Part shown: positions 17,420 to 25,066 of the stretch, piece after piece
Position numbering within the stretch: the stretch's first letter is position 1
How the letters are laid out: every line of letters starts with the position of its first letter
Origin: Candidatus Xenobia bacterium
GTDB lineage: Bacteria > Vulcanimicrobiota > Xenobia > Xenobiales > QWHO01
DNA length: 64,000 bases
Assembly: GCA_045863235.1 (NCBI GenBank)
Contig: BTUM01000007.1
Span: 76,286 to 140,285, forward strand
Direction of reading: 5' to 3'
Notes under the pieces: generated by a model
What the model saw: only the letters and a program-made list of their open reading frames with translations
Databases searched by the model: none
What the model was told of the DNA's origin: nothing
Translations under genes and position numbers: made by a program

Positions 17420-18325
17420 ATGGCACGTATTGCTCGCAAAGGACGCGACGGGGCGCTCTATATCGGCTACCGAGAAGAAGACGGCGGGATCTTGATCCCC
17501 GACGAGCGCATGAAGGGGCCGGCCGGCAGCACGCGCACCGGGGATATCGTGGGCCACGAGTTTCGCTCGGAGATTCTCGGCGATGAGCGCATCATCATGG
17601 TCTATCGGCCGCCCGGCTATTCGCCCATGAATCCCTGGCGCTACCCGGTGCTCTACCTCAACGACGGACAGAACATGTTCGATGCCGCCACTTCGGCCTT
17701 CGGTGTCGAATGGCAGGTGGACGAGACGCTCGAGCGCCTCATCTCTGAGCGAGCCATTCAGCCGATTCTGGCGGTAGCGGTCTACAACTCGGCGGAGCGT
17801 TTCGACGAATACACCCCCGCGCCCGATCCCGAGCATGGGGGCGGTGGAGCCGACCGCTACGGGATGTTCCTGGCCAACGAGTTGCAGCCATTCATCAACC
17901 GCGAGTATCGCACCAACACCGATCAGACCGCCTTGATGGGCTCCAGCCTGGGGGGTCTTTGCTCATTGTACCTGGGCTGGCAGTATCCGCGTTGCTTCAA
18001 CCTGGTGGCCGCCCTCTCGCCCTCCCTCTGGTGGGCAGGGCGGGAGCTGACCAGAGCCATTGCCGAGTCTCCCCGCACGTGTGACGACGGGCCGGAGAAG
18101 ATCTGGCTCGACATGGGAACGAAGGAAGACAAGGACGACGACCTGATCGCTGACATTCGCGCCCTGCGCAAGGTTCTGGTGAGCAAGGGATACGTGGTGG
18201 GGGAGAACCTGTTTTATCGCGAGGTCAAGGGGGCCTATCACACCGAGTCTTCCTGGGCCAAGCGGGTGGGGGACGTCTTGCAGGCGTTGTTCCCTCCCGG
18301 TCGAGGCTACTTTACGGCCGACTGA
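17420..18325 (+). CDS. Esterase-family alpha/beta hydrolase (enterochelin-esterase/esterase D-like).
   Basis: Nucleophile elbow LMGSSLGG (GxSxG), central VLYLNDGQNMFD motif, C-terminal His. 301 aa. Confidence 0.7.
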   Translation: MARIARKGRDGALYIGYREEDGGILIPDERMKGPAGSTRTGDIVGHEFRSEILGDERIIMVYRPPGYSPMNPWRYPVLYLNDGQNMFDAATSAFGVEWQVDETLERLISERAIQPILAVAVYNSAERFDEYTPAPDPEHGGGGADRYGMFLANELQPFINREYRTNTDQTALMGSSLGGLCSLYLGWQYPRCFNLVAALSPSLWWAGRELTRAIAESPRTCDDGPEKIWLDMGTKEDKDDDLIADIRALRKVLVSKGYVVGENLFYREVKGAYHTESSWAKRVGDVLQALFPPGRGYFTAD

Positions 18326-18375
18326 CCTGCGTTTTCAATTTCGTGGTGGCTGTCTGGAAGGAGTCCCCCTCGGAT

Positions 18376-18480
18376 GCCGAATCATGCGGCTGGATTTTTT
18401 TTCAAGGAGCTTCGATGCGTTTAAGAACCAGCCTCTACTTGCTAGCTTTGCTCTTCCTGTTCGGCTGTTCCGGCGGGGGG
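18376..18480 (+). repeat. Duplicated leader/5' region, copy A: hairpin-like gccgaatcatgcggc, then T8, SD AAGGAGC, ATG, and signal-peptide codons. Near-identical to 19916-20020.
   Basis: Direct comparison of the two regions (~90% identity across leader, RBS and first ~60 codons). Confidence 0.8.
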
Positions 18481-19782
18481 TCGAGTTCCGCCGGCGGCGG
18501 CGTGCCCGCCCCGCCTCCAGGCCCCCAGCTGGTGAGCATGAAACTCGATGTCGAGGTCCTCGACCAGGCTCAGCGGTCCATCCAGGGCCGTTCGGGGGTC
18601 ATCGAGGTGGTCGCCGAGGTGGTGGACCGCAATACTCTCGATACCGGCACTCTCAGCGGCCGCAAGGTCATCTCGCGAGGGGCGGCCACGGTGGGGGACA
18701 CCGACCGAGTCGTCAAGATCTTGCTGGACATCATTCCGGGCATCTGGGATATCTACATCTTCGGCCTGGACTCCGAGGGCAAGGTGGTGGCACTTTCCAC
18801 CATCGATCAGCTGACCATCACTCCGGGAGTGGTGCTCGAGCAGCGGGTCAGCCTGCAGTCCCAGAGTCGCTCGGTGTTCGTCAATCCGTCCAATGCGGCT
18901 ATCCAGGTCGGACAGCAGCAGCAATTCTCCGCCCTCGTCTTCCTCCCCACCGGGAACAGCACCAGCGTGAACTGGGCCTCGGACAACCCGGCCGTCGCTA
19001 CGGTAGACGCTAACGGCCTGGCGACCGGGTTGGCGGCCGGTGTCACCACCATCCGGGCGACTTCCACGGTGGACAACAGCCTGCAGGGCTCCGCCCAATT
19101 GACCGTGGCTGCCGACAACAATGCCCGCCTTGTTGGCCTTTACACCGTGGCCCTGGCGGGAACGAGCGCGGACGGCCTGGATGTCTTCTCGGTTCTGTCC
19201 AACCTGAATTTGGACGGAGCGGGAGGAGTTACTGATGCCGGCTCCGGTCTCTTCGAGGATGGAGTGCCCGGTCTGCAGCCAGTGACTCTGGGCCTCGTGC
19301 AGTACAGCGTCGCCAATGACGGGACGGTCACCTTTACCGGGAATGCCACCGCCAGTACCGGCGTGGGCCCCCTCTCGGCGGACAATCTGACCATTCCTCT
19401 GACCTTCGCGGGACCGGCGGGGAGCGGCGAGGGGTTTGCCGTTCGCCAGGAGGCGGGCGGGGTGACCCCTGCCTCCATCGCAGGGAACTGGACGGGGGCG
19501 CTTCTGAGGAGTACGGGGGTTCCGTTCGCGCCCGGTACCACGGCGACCGTGACGATCAATGGCAATGGCACGCTCAGTGGAGCCATTCAGGAGCCTGGCC
19601 TGCCCGACGTGACCTTTGCCGGAAACTTCACCGTGACCGCAACTGGCCTGCTGCAGGCAAACGTGGTCGATGGCTTCGGAGATCCCATCGTCATCAACGG
19701 CCAGGTCGGGGCCAACCAGACCCGGATCGTCATCATCGGTCAGGACAGCTTGAATACAAGCTTTGCCGCCGTGCTTCAGTAG
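18415..19782 (+). CDS. Lipoprotein with a Big_2 (bacterial Ig-like) domain; paralog A.
   Basis: ATG at 18415 with AAGGAG 5 nt upstream. Signal peptide MRLRTSLYLLALLFLFGCSGG (lipobox LFGC). Big_2-like segment VFVNPSNAAIQVGQQQQF...VNWASDNPAVATVDANGLATG. Confidence 0.7.
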   Translation: MRLRTSLYLLALLFLFGCSGGGSSSAGGGVPAPPPGPQLVSMKLDVEVLDQAQRSIQGRSGVIEVVAEVVDRNTLDTGTLSGRKVISRGAATVGDTDRVVKILLDIIPGIWDIYIFGLDSEGKVVALSTIDQLTITPGVVLEQRVSLQSQSRSVFVNPSNAAIQVGQQQQFSALVFLPTGNSTSVNWASDNPAVATVDANGLATGLAAGVTTIRATSTVDNSLQGSAQLTVAADNNARLVGLYTVALAGTSADGLDVFSVLSNLNLDGAGGVTDAGSGLFEDGVPGLQPVTLGLVQYSVANDGTVTFTGNATASTGVGPLSADNLTIPLTFAGPAGSGEGFAVRQEAGGVTPASIAGNWTGALLRSTGVPFAPGTTATVTINGNGTLSGAIQEPGLPDVTFAGNFTVTATGLLQANVVDGFGDPIVINGQVGANQTRIVIIGQDSLNTSFAAVLQ

Positions 19783-19793
19783 CTCGTTCTCTG

Positions 19794-19881
19794 CGTTCGA
19801 GCCAGTCCGACTGGCTTGAACGCAGGGTCGTTCGTCTCAGTCAAGCCAGTCACAGGCTCTCTGCTTGTGCTGGCTTGACTG
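19794..19881. promoter_or_regulatory. Array of four alternating-orientation copies of a ~11-bp motif (GACTGGCTTGA / TCAAGCCAGTC) forming two hairpins or palindromic operators upstream of lipoprotein paralog B. It overlaps a TTGACT -35-like hexamer.
   Basis: gttcgagccagtc|cgactggcttgaac and cagtcaagccag...ctggcttgactg. Confidence 0.4.
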
Positions 19882-19915
19882 CGTGTTGGGCTGGAAAAGG
19901 AGTTTGCCCTGAATG

Positions 19916-20020
19916 CCGAATCATGGGGCTGGATTTTTTTTCAAGGAGCTCTGATGCGTTTAAGAACCAGCCTTTACTTGCTAGCTCTGCTCTTCCTGTT
20001 CGGCTGTTCCGGCGGGGGGG
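19916..20020 (+). repeat. Duplicated leader/5' region, copy B (see 18376-18480).
   Basis: Same T8 tract, SD and signal-peptide coding as copy A. Confidence 0.8.
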
Positions 20021-21915
20021 CGAGTTCTGCCGGCGGTGGTGTGCCTGCCCCCCCTCCAGGCCCTCAGTTCGTGAGCATGCGACTCGATGTCGCGGTGCCC
20101 GATCTGGCCCAGCGGGCCGTTCAGAGCCGCTCGCAGATCTTCGAAGTGGTGGTCGAGGTCGTTGATCGGAATTCGCTCGACCCGGGCACCCTCAGCGGCC
20201 GGAAGATCATCTCTCGCGGGGCGGCCTCGGTGGGTGAAACCGACCGGACTGTGAAGGTTCTCCTGGATGTGATTCCGGGGATCTGGGACATCTACATTTT
20301 CGGCCTGGATTCGCAGGGCAAAGTGGCGGCCCTCTCGACCATCGACCAGCTCGCGATCGTCGCGGGCGCCGTCATTGAGCGGAAGGTCAACCTTCAACAG
20401 GTGAACCAGGGAGTCTTCGTGACTCCCACCAGTGCGGCGGTTCCTGTCGGCGGGCAGGCTCAATTTTCAGCCGTGGTCTTCCTGCCGACCGGGACCAGCA
20501 CCAGTGTCAACTGGGTTTCTGATAATCCCGCAGTGGCCGGCGTTGACGCCAACGGCTTGGCGACCGGTTTGTCTCCGGGTCAGGCTCTTATCCGGGCGAT
20601 TTCCACCGTGGACAGCACCCTCCAGGGGACCGGGGTCCTGAATGTGACACCGCCCAATGTCACCGTGCAGTCGGTCACGCTCACTTTCAACCCCGGCTCC
20701 CCGGTGCGGCTTGGCCAGGCGGGTCTGCAGTTCAGCGCAGTTGCGAGTTTTAGCGATGGCACAAGCCAGGCTATTACACCGGACCAGTTCGTCAGCAGCG
20801 ATCCGACGGTGCTATCCGTGGATTCGGCCGGAGCGGCTCAGGCTCTGGACGTGGGCACGAGTGACGTGACGGCGGACTTCATGGGCGTGACGAGCGCACC
20901 GGTGACCGTGGACGTCGAGGCAAGCCGGGTCATCGTCGTGGAGTCCGAGCTCATCCAGCCCGACGAGATTTTCTCCTATCTTCTCGATGAGGGGACGGGC
21001 AGTCTCGTCCAGGTTGATGTCGAGACAGTCCCGGGCGGAGTCGGGGCTGGAATGGGCGGAGATCCTGACAGCGATGCCGTGTTCGTCAGCCAGACCAACA
21101 ACACTCTGGCGATTTACCTGGTGAGCGCACTGGGTATTCTGAACCAGTCCCAGATCATCGGTCTGGGCGGTGCTCCGACGCTTGTGCCCGCCACCGGCGC
21201 GGGAGGCTTCCTCTACCTCGCCGACAACAACCCGACTCCCCCTGATCTTCGCACCTTTGCCTTTGACGGTGTGCTCTACAACCTGGTCGGCCTCTCAAGT
21301 CCTGCTGGCGTTGCCGAGGTCCAGGTGATGGCCGCCAAGAACGGGATTCCAGCACTCTACCTGGCAGATTTCCTCGGGAATCTGTTGAACGGCCTGGTGC
21401 TGACCGGCTCCATTCCGGATGCGGTCGGAACCCAGGTGGGCGGCTCTCCCCAGGCGCTCGGCACTTCGCCTGCTCGCCTCGAGATTCACCCCAGCAACAA
21501 CTTCCTGGTGGTCGGTCGTACCGCTCATCTCGATGTCTTCCCCATCGATGCTGCCGGCAACATCACCGGGCCCGCCATCAGCACCCAGGTGACGGCCGGG
21601 ACGGCTTTCACCGCCCTGGCCATTCACCCGAGCGGGAACTTCGTGGCCGCCTGCACCCAGCAGGCCGGGGGAGTGATCGAGATCTTCCCGATCAACGCTT
21701 CGGGCATCCTGTCGCCGGCGGTGGCTACCATTCCCTCATCCGGCTCGCAGATCTTTGGCCTCGGTTTCAACGCCACCGGGACCTTCCTGATCTATCCGGA
21801 GCTGACCAACAATCAGGTGGTGGTCCAGCGGTTCGATCCGAATACCGGTGCCGTGACCCCCGCCACCACCAGCGGCGGGATCAACCGGCCCTTCGAGATG
21901 TTCATCTTCCCCTGA
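19954..21915 (+). CDS. Lipoprotein, paralog B: same signal peptide and N-terminal domain as 18415-19782 plus two Big_2-like domains and a C-terminal lactonase-like beta-propeller region.
   Basis: The first ~220 aa are ~75% identical to paralog A, including an identical lipobox. The C-terminal 200 aa (HPSNNFLVV...FPIDAAGNITGP...AIHPSGNFVAA...) have repeated propeller-blade-like units. Confidence 0.7.
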   Translation: MRLRTSLYLLALLFLFGCSGGGASSAGGGVPAPPPGPQFVSMRLDVAVPDLAQRAVQSRSQIFEVVVEVVDRNSLDPGTLSGRKIISRGAASVGETDRTVKVLLDVIPGIWDIYIFGLDSQGKVAALSTIDQLAIVAGAVIERKVNLQQVNQGVFVTPTSAAVPVGGQAQFSAVVFLPTGTSTSVNWVSDNPAVAGVDANGLATGLSPGQALIRAISTVDSTLQGTGVLNVTPPNVTVQSVTLTFNPGSPVRLGQAGLQFSAVASFSDGTSQAITPDQFVSSDPTVLSVDSAGAAQALDVGTSDVTADFMGVTSAPVTVDVEASRVIVVESELIQPDEIFSYLLDEGTGSLVQVDVETVPGGVGAGMGGDPDSDAVFVSQTNNTLAIYLVSALGILNQSQIIGLGGAPTLVPATGAGGFLYLADNNPTPPDLRTFAFDGVLYNLVGLSSPAGVAEVQVMAAKNGIPALYLADFLGNLLNGLVLTGSIPDAVGTQVGGSPQALGTSPARLEIHPSNNFLVVGRTAHLDVFPIDAAGNITGPAISTQVTAGTAFTALAIHPSGNFVAACTQQAGGVIEIFPINASGILSPAVATIPSSGSQIFGLGFNATGTFLIYPELTNNQVVVQRFDPNTGAVTPATTSGGINRPFEMFIFP

Positions 21916-21935
21916 CACTCGACGGTAGACCAGCA

Positions 21936-21975
21936 AGAAGGCGCGGAGCCGAAGCATCCGCGCCTTCTTCTGTTG
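21936..21975 (+). terminator. Rho-independent terminator-like hairpin after lipoprotein B (12-bp perfect stem, 9-nt loop, then TCTGTTG).
   Basis: agaaggcgcgga gccgaagca tccgcgccttct tctgtt. Confidence 0.5.
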
Positions 21976-22034
21976 AGGACGAACATACTTTTGAAAGGGA
22001 TTCAACCAGCTCGGGCGTAATTGAAGAACATCCT

Positions 22035-23750
22035 ATGCTCTCCATTTCCGCAAGTGCCGAGTTTCGTCTGGCCGCCGCGGCCGATCTGCCGGCCGAGCTG
22101 GCTCGACTGCCTGAGGGTGCCACCGCCGTGCTCGCGCCCGGTCGCTACCGGCTCGGTGAGCTGACGCTCAAGCGCAACCTGCGATTGGTGGGTGCCGGGC
22201 TGGAGCGCACGGTATTGGAGGGGTCCCTGCGTCTCGAGCAGGGGCAATTCGGGCTGCTCGACCTCACCGTGGGGAAACTGCAGGCTCTCGACTGCCAGCT
22301 CGAGATAGAGCGCTGTCGGCTGCCGGGTATGGCCCTCGAGGGTGAGACCAGCGCCCGGGTGCGCTTCTGCCAGTGCGAGGGAGAAGAGGTGGGCATCCGG
22401 GTGGGCGGAACCGCTCGGGCCGAGCTGGAGAGCAATCGTTGCTGTCAGTGTGCCCTGTACGGCATTCTCTTTCAGGACGAGAGCAGCGGGCGGGCGGTTC
22501 AAAACGATTGCTCCGGCAACCAGGTGGGTATCGGCGTGATGGGGCAGGCCGCTGCGGAGCTTCTTGGTAACCACTGCAGCCAGAACGAGTCGGCCGGCAT
22601 TGCCTACCATCAGGAGGGCGGTGGTTTGGCTCGCAACAATGACTGCGAGGACAACGGCCACCATGGCATCGCTGTGGCCGGTCAGGCGGCCCCCCGTTTG
22701 CAGGGAAACTCCTGCTGTCACAACGGCTTCTGCGGCATCGACTACAGCGGCCAGGCCTCCGGCAGCGCCGAGAGCAACACTTGTTACGGCAACCAGGCCT
22801 ATGGCATTCAGGTAGGGGAGACCTCGGAACCGCGCTTGCTGGCCAATAGTTGCTCGGAGAATGCTCAGGCCGGGCTGGCCTACTTTGGCCGCGGCCAGGG
22901 CTCGGCCGACCGGAATCAGTGCGCTCGCAATCAGTTGCATGGCATCCAGGTGGGTGAGGAGGCTGCTCCCGCCCTACGGAGCAACATCTGCAGCCAGAAC
23001 TTGCTCTCCGGGCTGGCCTACTATGGCAAGAGCGGCGGCCAGGCCGGGCAGAACGAGCTCCACGACAACCAGTACCATGGCCTGCAGGTTTGCGAGCAGG
23101 CTCGTCCCGTGCTATGCGACAACGTGTGCCGGGCCAATGTCATGTCGGGGATCGCCTGTTTTGGCGAATCGCAGCCTGTGCTGGTGCGCAATCAGTGCCT
23201 CCACAATCAGCTGCACGGTCTCTACGTGGGCGAGCAGGCCGTTCCGGTGGCCCATGCCAACCTGGCCCACGAGAACCAGGGCAACGGTTTGCTGTTCACC
23301 GAGGAGGCGGCTGGCCTGGCCACCCACAATCAGGCTGATGCCAACGGCCGCCATGGACTCTACCTGGGCCATCGGGCCACTCCCTTCGCGCGCGAGAACC
23401 TCTGCCGGCGCAACTTGCTGTCGGACGTTGTGACCCTGGGCCAGGTCGACCCCGTGGTCAGCGTGGCGCCCGTGCGACGTCACCGGCTGACCCTCGAGTC
23501 CGAGGGCGGTTCCTTCGAGCTGGCCCTGCCCTTCGAGCTGAAGCCCACCGAGCGGGCGGTGCTCGAGCACCTGGCCCGCTACGGCCGCATGAGCGAGGCG
23601 GCCCTGGGCAAGGCGGTGGGCACCCGGCGCATCGGGGGGCTCTTAGAGAGCCTGGTGGAGCGCCTGAACCGGGCTGGATTTCTGGCTCTGGGCCGTGAGG
23701 GGGACGGCCCGGAGGGCAATGTCTATGAGCTGAGGAGAGACCGACTGTGA
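22035..23750 (+). CDS. Cytoplasmic Cys-rich right-handed parallel beta-helix (PbH1-repeat) protein with a C-terminal winged-helix-like domain; first gene of the four-gene coupled operon.
   Basis: About 17 tandem ~23-aa units of the form NxC..N..xGI/L....A.P.L (e.g. NHCSQNESAGIAYHQEGGGLARN / NDCEDNGHHGIAVAGQAAPRLQG). No signal peptide. C-terminal 90 aa (LEHLARYGRMSEAALGKAVGTRRIGGLLESLVERLNRAGFLAL) look like a winged HTH. The stop overlaps the next gene start (GTGA). Confidence 0.7.
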   Translation: MLSISASAEFRLAAAADLPAELARLPEGATAVLAPGRYRLGELTLKRNLRLVGAGLERTVLEGSLRLEQGQFGLLDLTVGKLQALDCQLEIERCRLPGMALEGETSARVRFCQCEGEEVGIRVGGTARAELESNRCCQCALYGILFQDESSGRAVQNDCSGNQVGIGVMGQAAAELLGNHCSQNESAGIAYHQEGGGLARNNDCEDNGHHGIAVAGQAAPRLQGNSCCHNGFCGIDYSGQASGSAESNTCYGNQAYGIQVGETSEPRLLANSCSENAQAGLAYFGRGQGSADRNQCARNQLHGIQVGEEAAPALRSNICSQNLLSGLAYYGKSGGQAGQNELHDNQYHGLQVCEQARPVLCDNVCRANVMSGIACFGESQPVLVRNQCLHNQLHGLYVGEQAVPVAHANLAHENQGNGLLFTEEAAGLATHNQADANGRHGLYLGHRATPFARENLCRRNLLSDVVTLGQVDPVVSVAPVRRHRLTLESEGGSFELALPFELKPTERAVLEHLARYGRMSEAALGKAVGTRRIGGLLESLVERLNRAGFLALGREGDGPEGNVYELRRDRL

Positions 23751-25066
23751 ACCAAAACCCCCAAGTCCTCGACCGGGCCGTCGCCCTGGGAATCGTCAAC
23801 GCCCTGCGCTCGGGAACCGTTCCCCCTGAAGGGCTCGAGCACTTTGCCGTGGGGCTGGACGCCCCGATGAAAGCCCTGTCCGAGCAGCGGGCCTACGTCA
23901 AGCAGGGCAAGAGCGCCTACAAGTTCATCCGGGGAAGCTACGGGTCGGGCAAGACTTTCTTGACCAGCCTGGCCGGTGCCCAGGCCCTGCAGGATGGCTT
24001 TTTGACCAGTAAAGTGGTCATCTCGGTCGCGGATACGCCTTTGTATCGGCTGAGCGAAGTCTATCGTCGTCTGTGCCAGAACCTGACCCTGCCCGGTCGC
24101 AGGGGTGGGGCCCTGCAAAGCCTGCTCGACCGCTGGCTCTACGGCCTGGAGGAGCAGGTCATCGAGGTGGACGGCGTGGACGAGAATGCACCCGAGTTCG
24201 AAGCCGCCGTGGGCCAGAAAGTGGAGCAGCACCTGGTGGCCGTCGGCCAGCGGGCGGGCCGCCTGGCTGCCTGCCTGAAGGCTTACCACGAGGCCAAGTT
24301 TCGCCAGGATTTCGAGGAGGCCCGGGGCATTCTCGACTGGATGGCGGGGGAGGCCAAAGTGGGCGCGGCCATCAAGCGGGTCGCCGGGGTCACCGGGCAG
24401 ATCGACAACACCGACGCCCTGGTCTTCTTGCGCGGCTGGCTCGAGCTGGTGCGGGCCGCCGGTCACGCCGGCATCCTGGTCATTCTCGACGAGGTGGAGA
24501 CGGTGCTGCGCCTGCGCCGTCCCGAGCGGCTCAAGAGCCTGGAGGTGCTGCGGCAGCTGGTGGACGCCCAGGATAACCAGGAATTCCCCGGTCTACACCT
24601 GCTCATTACCGGCACGCCCGATTTCTTTGACAGCCCGCAAGGGGTGCTCGAGCTCGAGCCCCTGCACGAGCGCATCAAGGTGCTCAAAGCCCACGATCAG
24701 CCCGAGAACCTGCGCCAGCCCCAGATCCCCCTGCGGCCCTTCGATACCGCTCGGCTCTTGCTCGCGGCCCGGCGCATTCGCGAGCTGTACCCGGCCGATC
24801 ACCCCGAGCGCTTGAAAGCCAGGGTGACCGATGATGTCTTCGAGGCCATGGTCGAGCGGGTCACGCGAGGTTTCGGTGGACGGGTCGAAGTCGTGCCGCG
24901 TCTGTTCTTGCGCGAGGTCGTCAACCTGCTCGACCTGGTGGATCAGCATGAGAGCTACGCGCCGATGCGCGACTACAGCTTCGACGAGAGCGCGGTGAAG
25001 ACGCTGGCCCTGGCTCCCGAGGAGGAGGAAGCCCTCAGCGGTGCTGTGCGCGAAGTGGTGCTGTGA
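23747..25066 (+). CDS. P-loop ATPase resembling the BREX ATP-binding protein BrxD (DUF2791-like).
   Basis: Walker A GSYGSGKTFL and Walker B ILVILDEVET in a ~440-aa protein. Domain order and length match BrxD-type ATPases. GTG start overlaps the previous stop; its own stop overlaps the helicase start (GTGCTGTGA). Confidence 0.6.
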   Translation: MNQNPQVLDRAVALGIVNALRSGTVPPEGLEHFAVGLDAPMKALSEQRAYVKQGKSAYKFIRGSYGSGKTFLTSLAGAQALQDGFLTSKVVISVADTPLYRLSEVYRRLCQNLTLPGRRGGALQSLLDRWLYGLEEQVIEVDGVDENAPEFEAAVGQKVEQHLVAVGQRAGRLAACLKAYHEAKFRQDFEEARGILDWMAGEAKVGAAIKRVAGVTGQIDNTDALVFLRGWLELVRAAGHAGILVILDEVETVLRLRRPERLKSLEVLRQLVDAQDNQEFPGLHLLITGTPDFFDSPQGVLELEPLHERIKVLKAHDQPENLRQPQIPLRPFDTARLLLAARRIRELYPADHPERLKARVTDDVFEAMVERVTRGFGGRVEVVPRLFLREVVNLLDLVDQHESYAPMRDYSFDESAVKTLALAPEEEEALSGAVREVVL

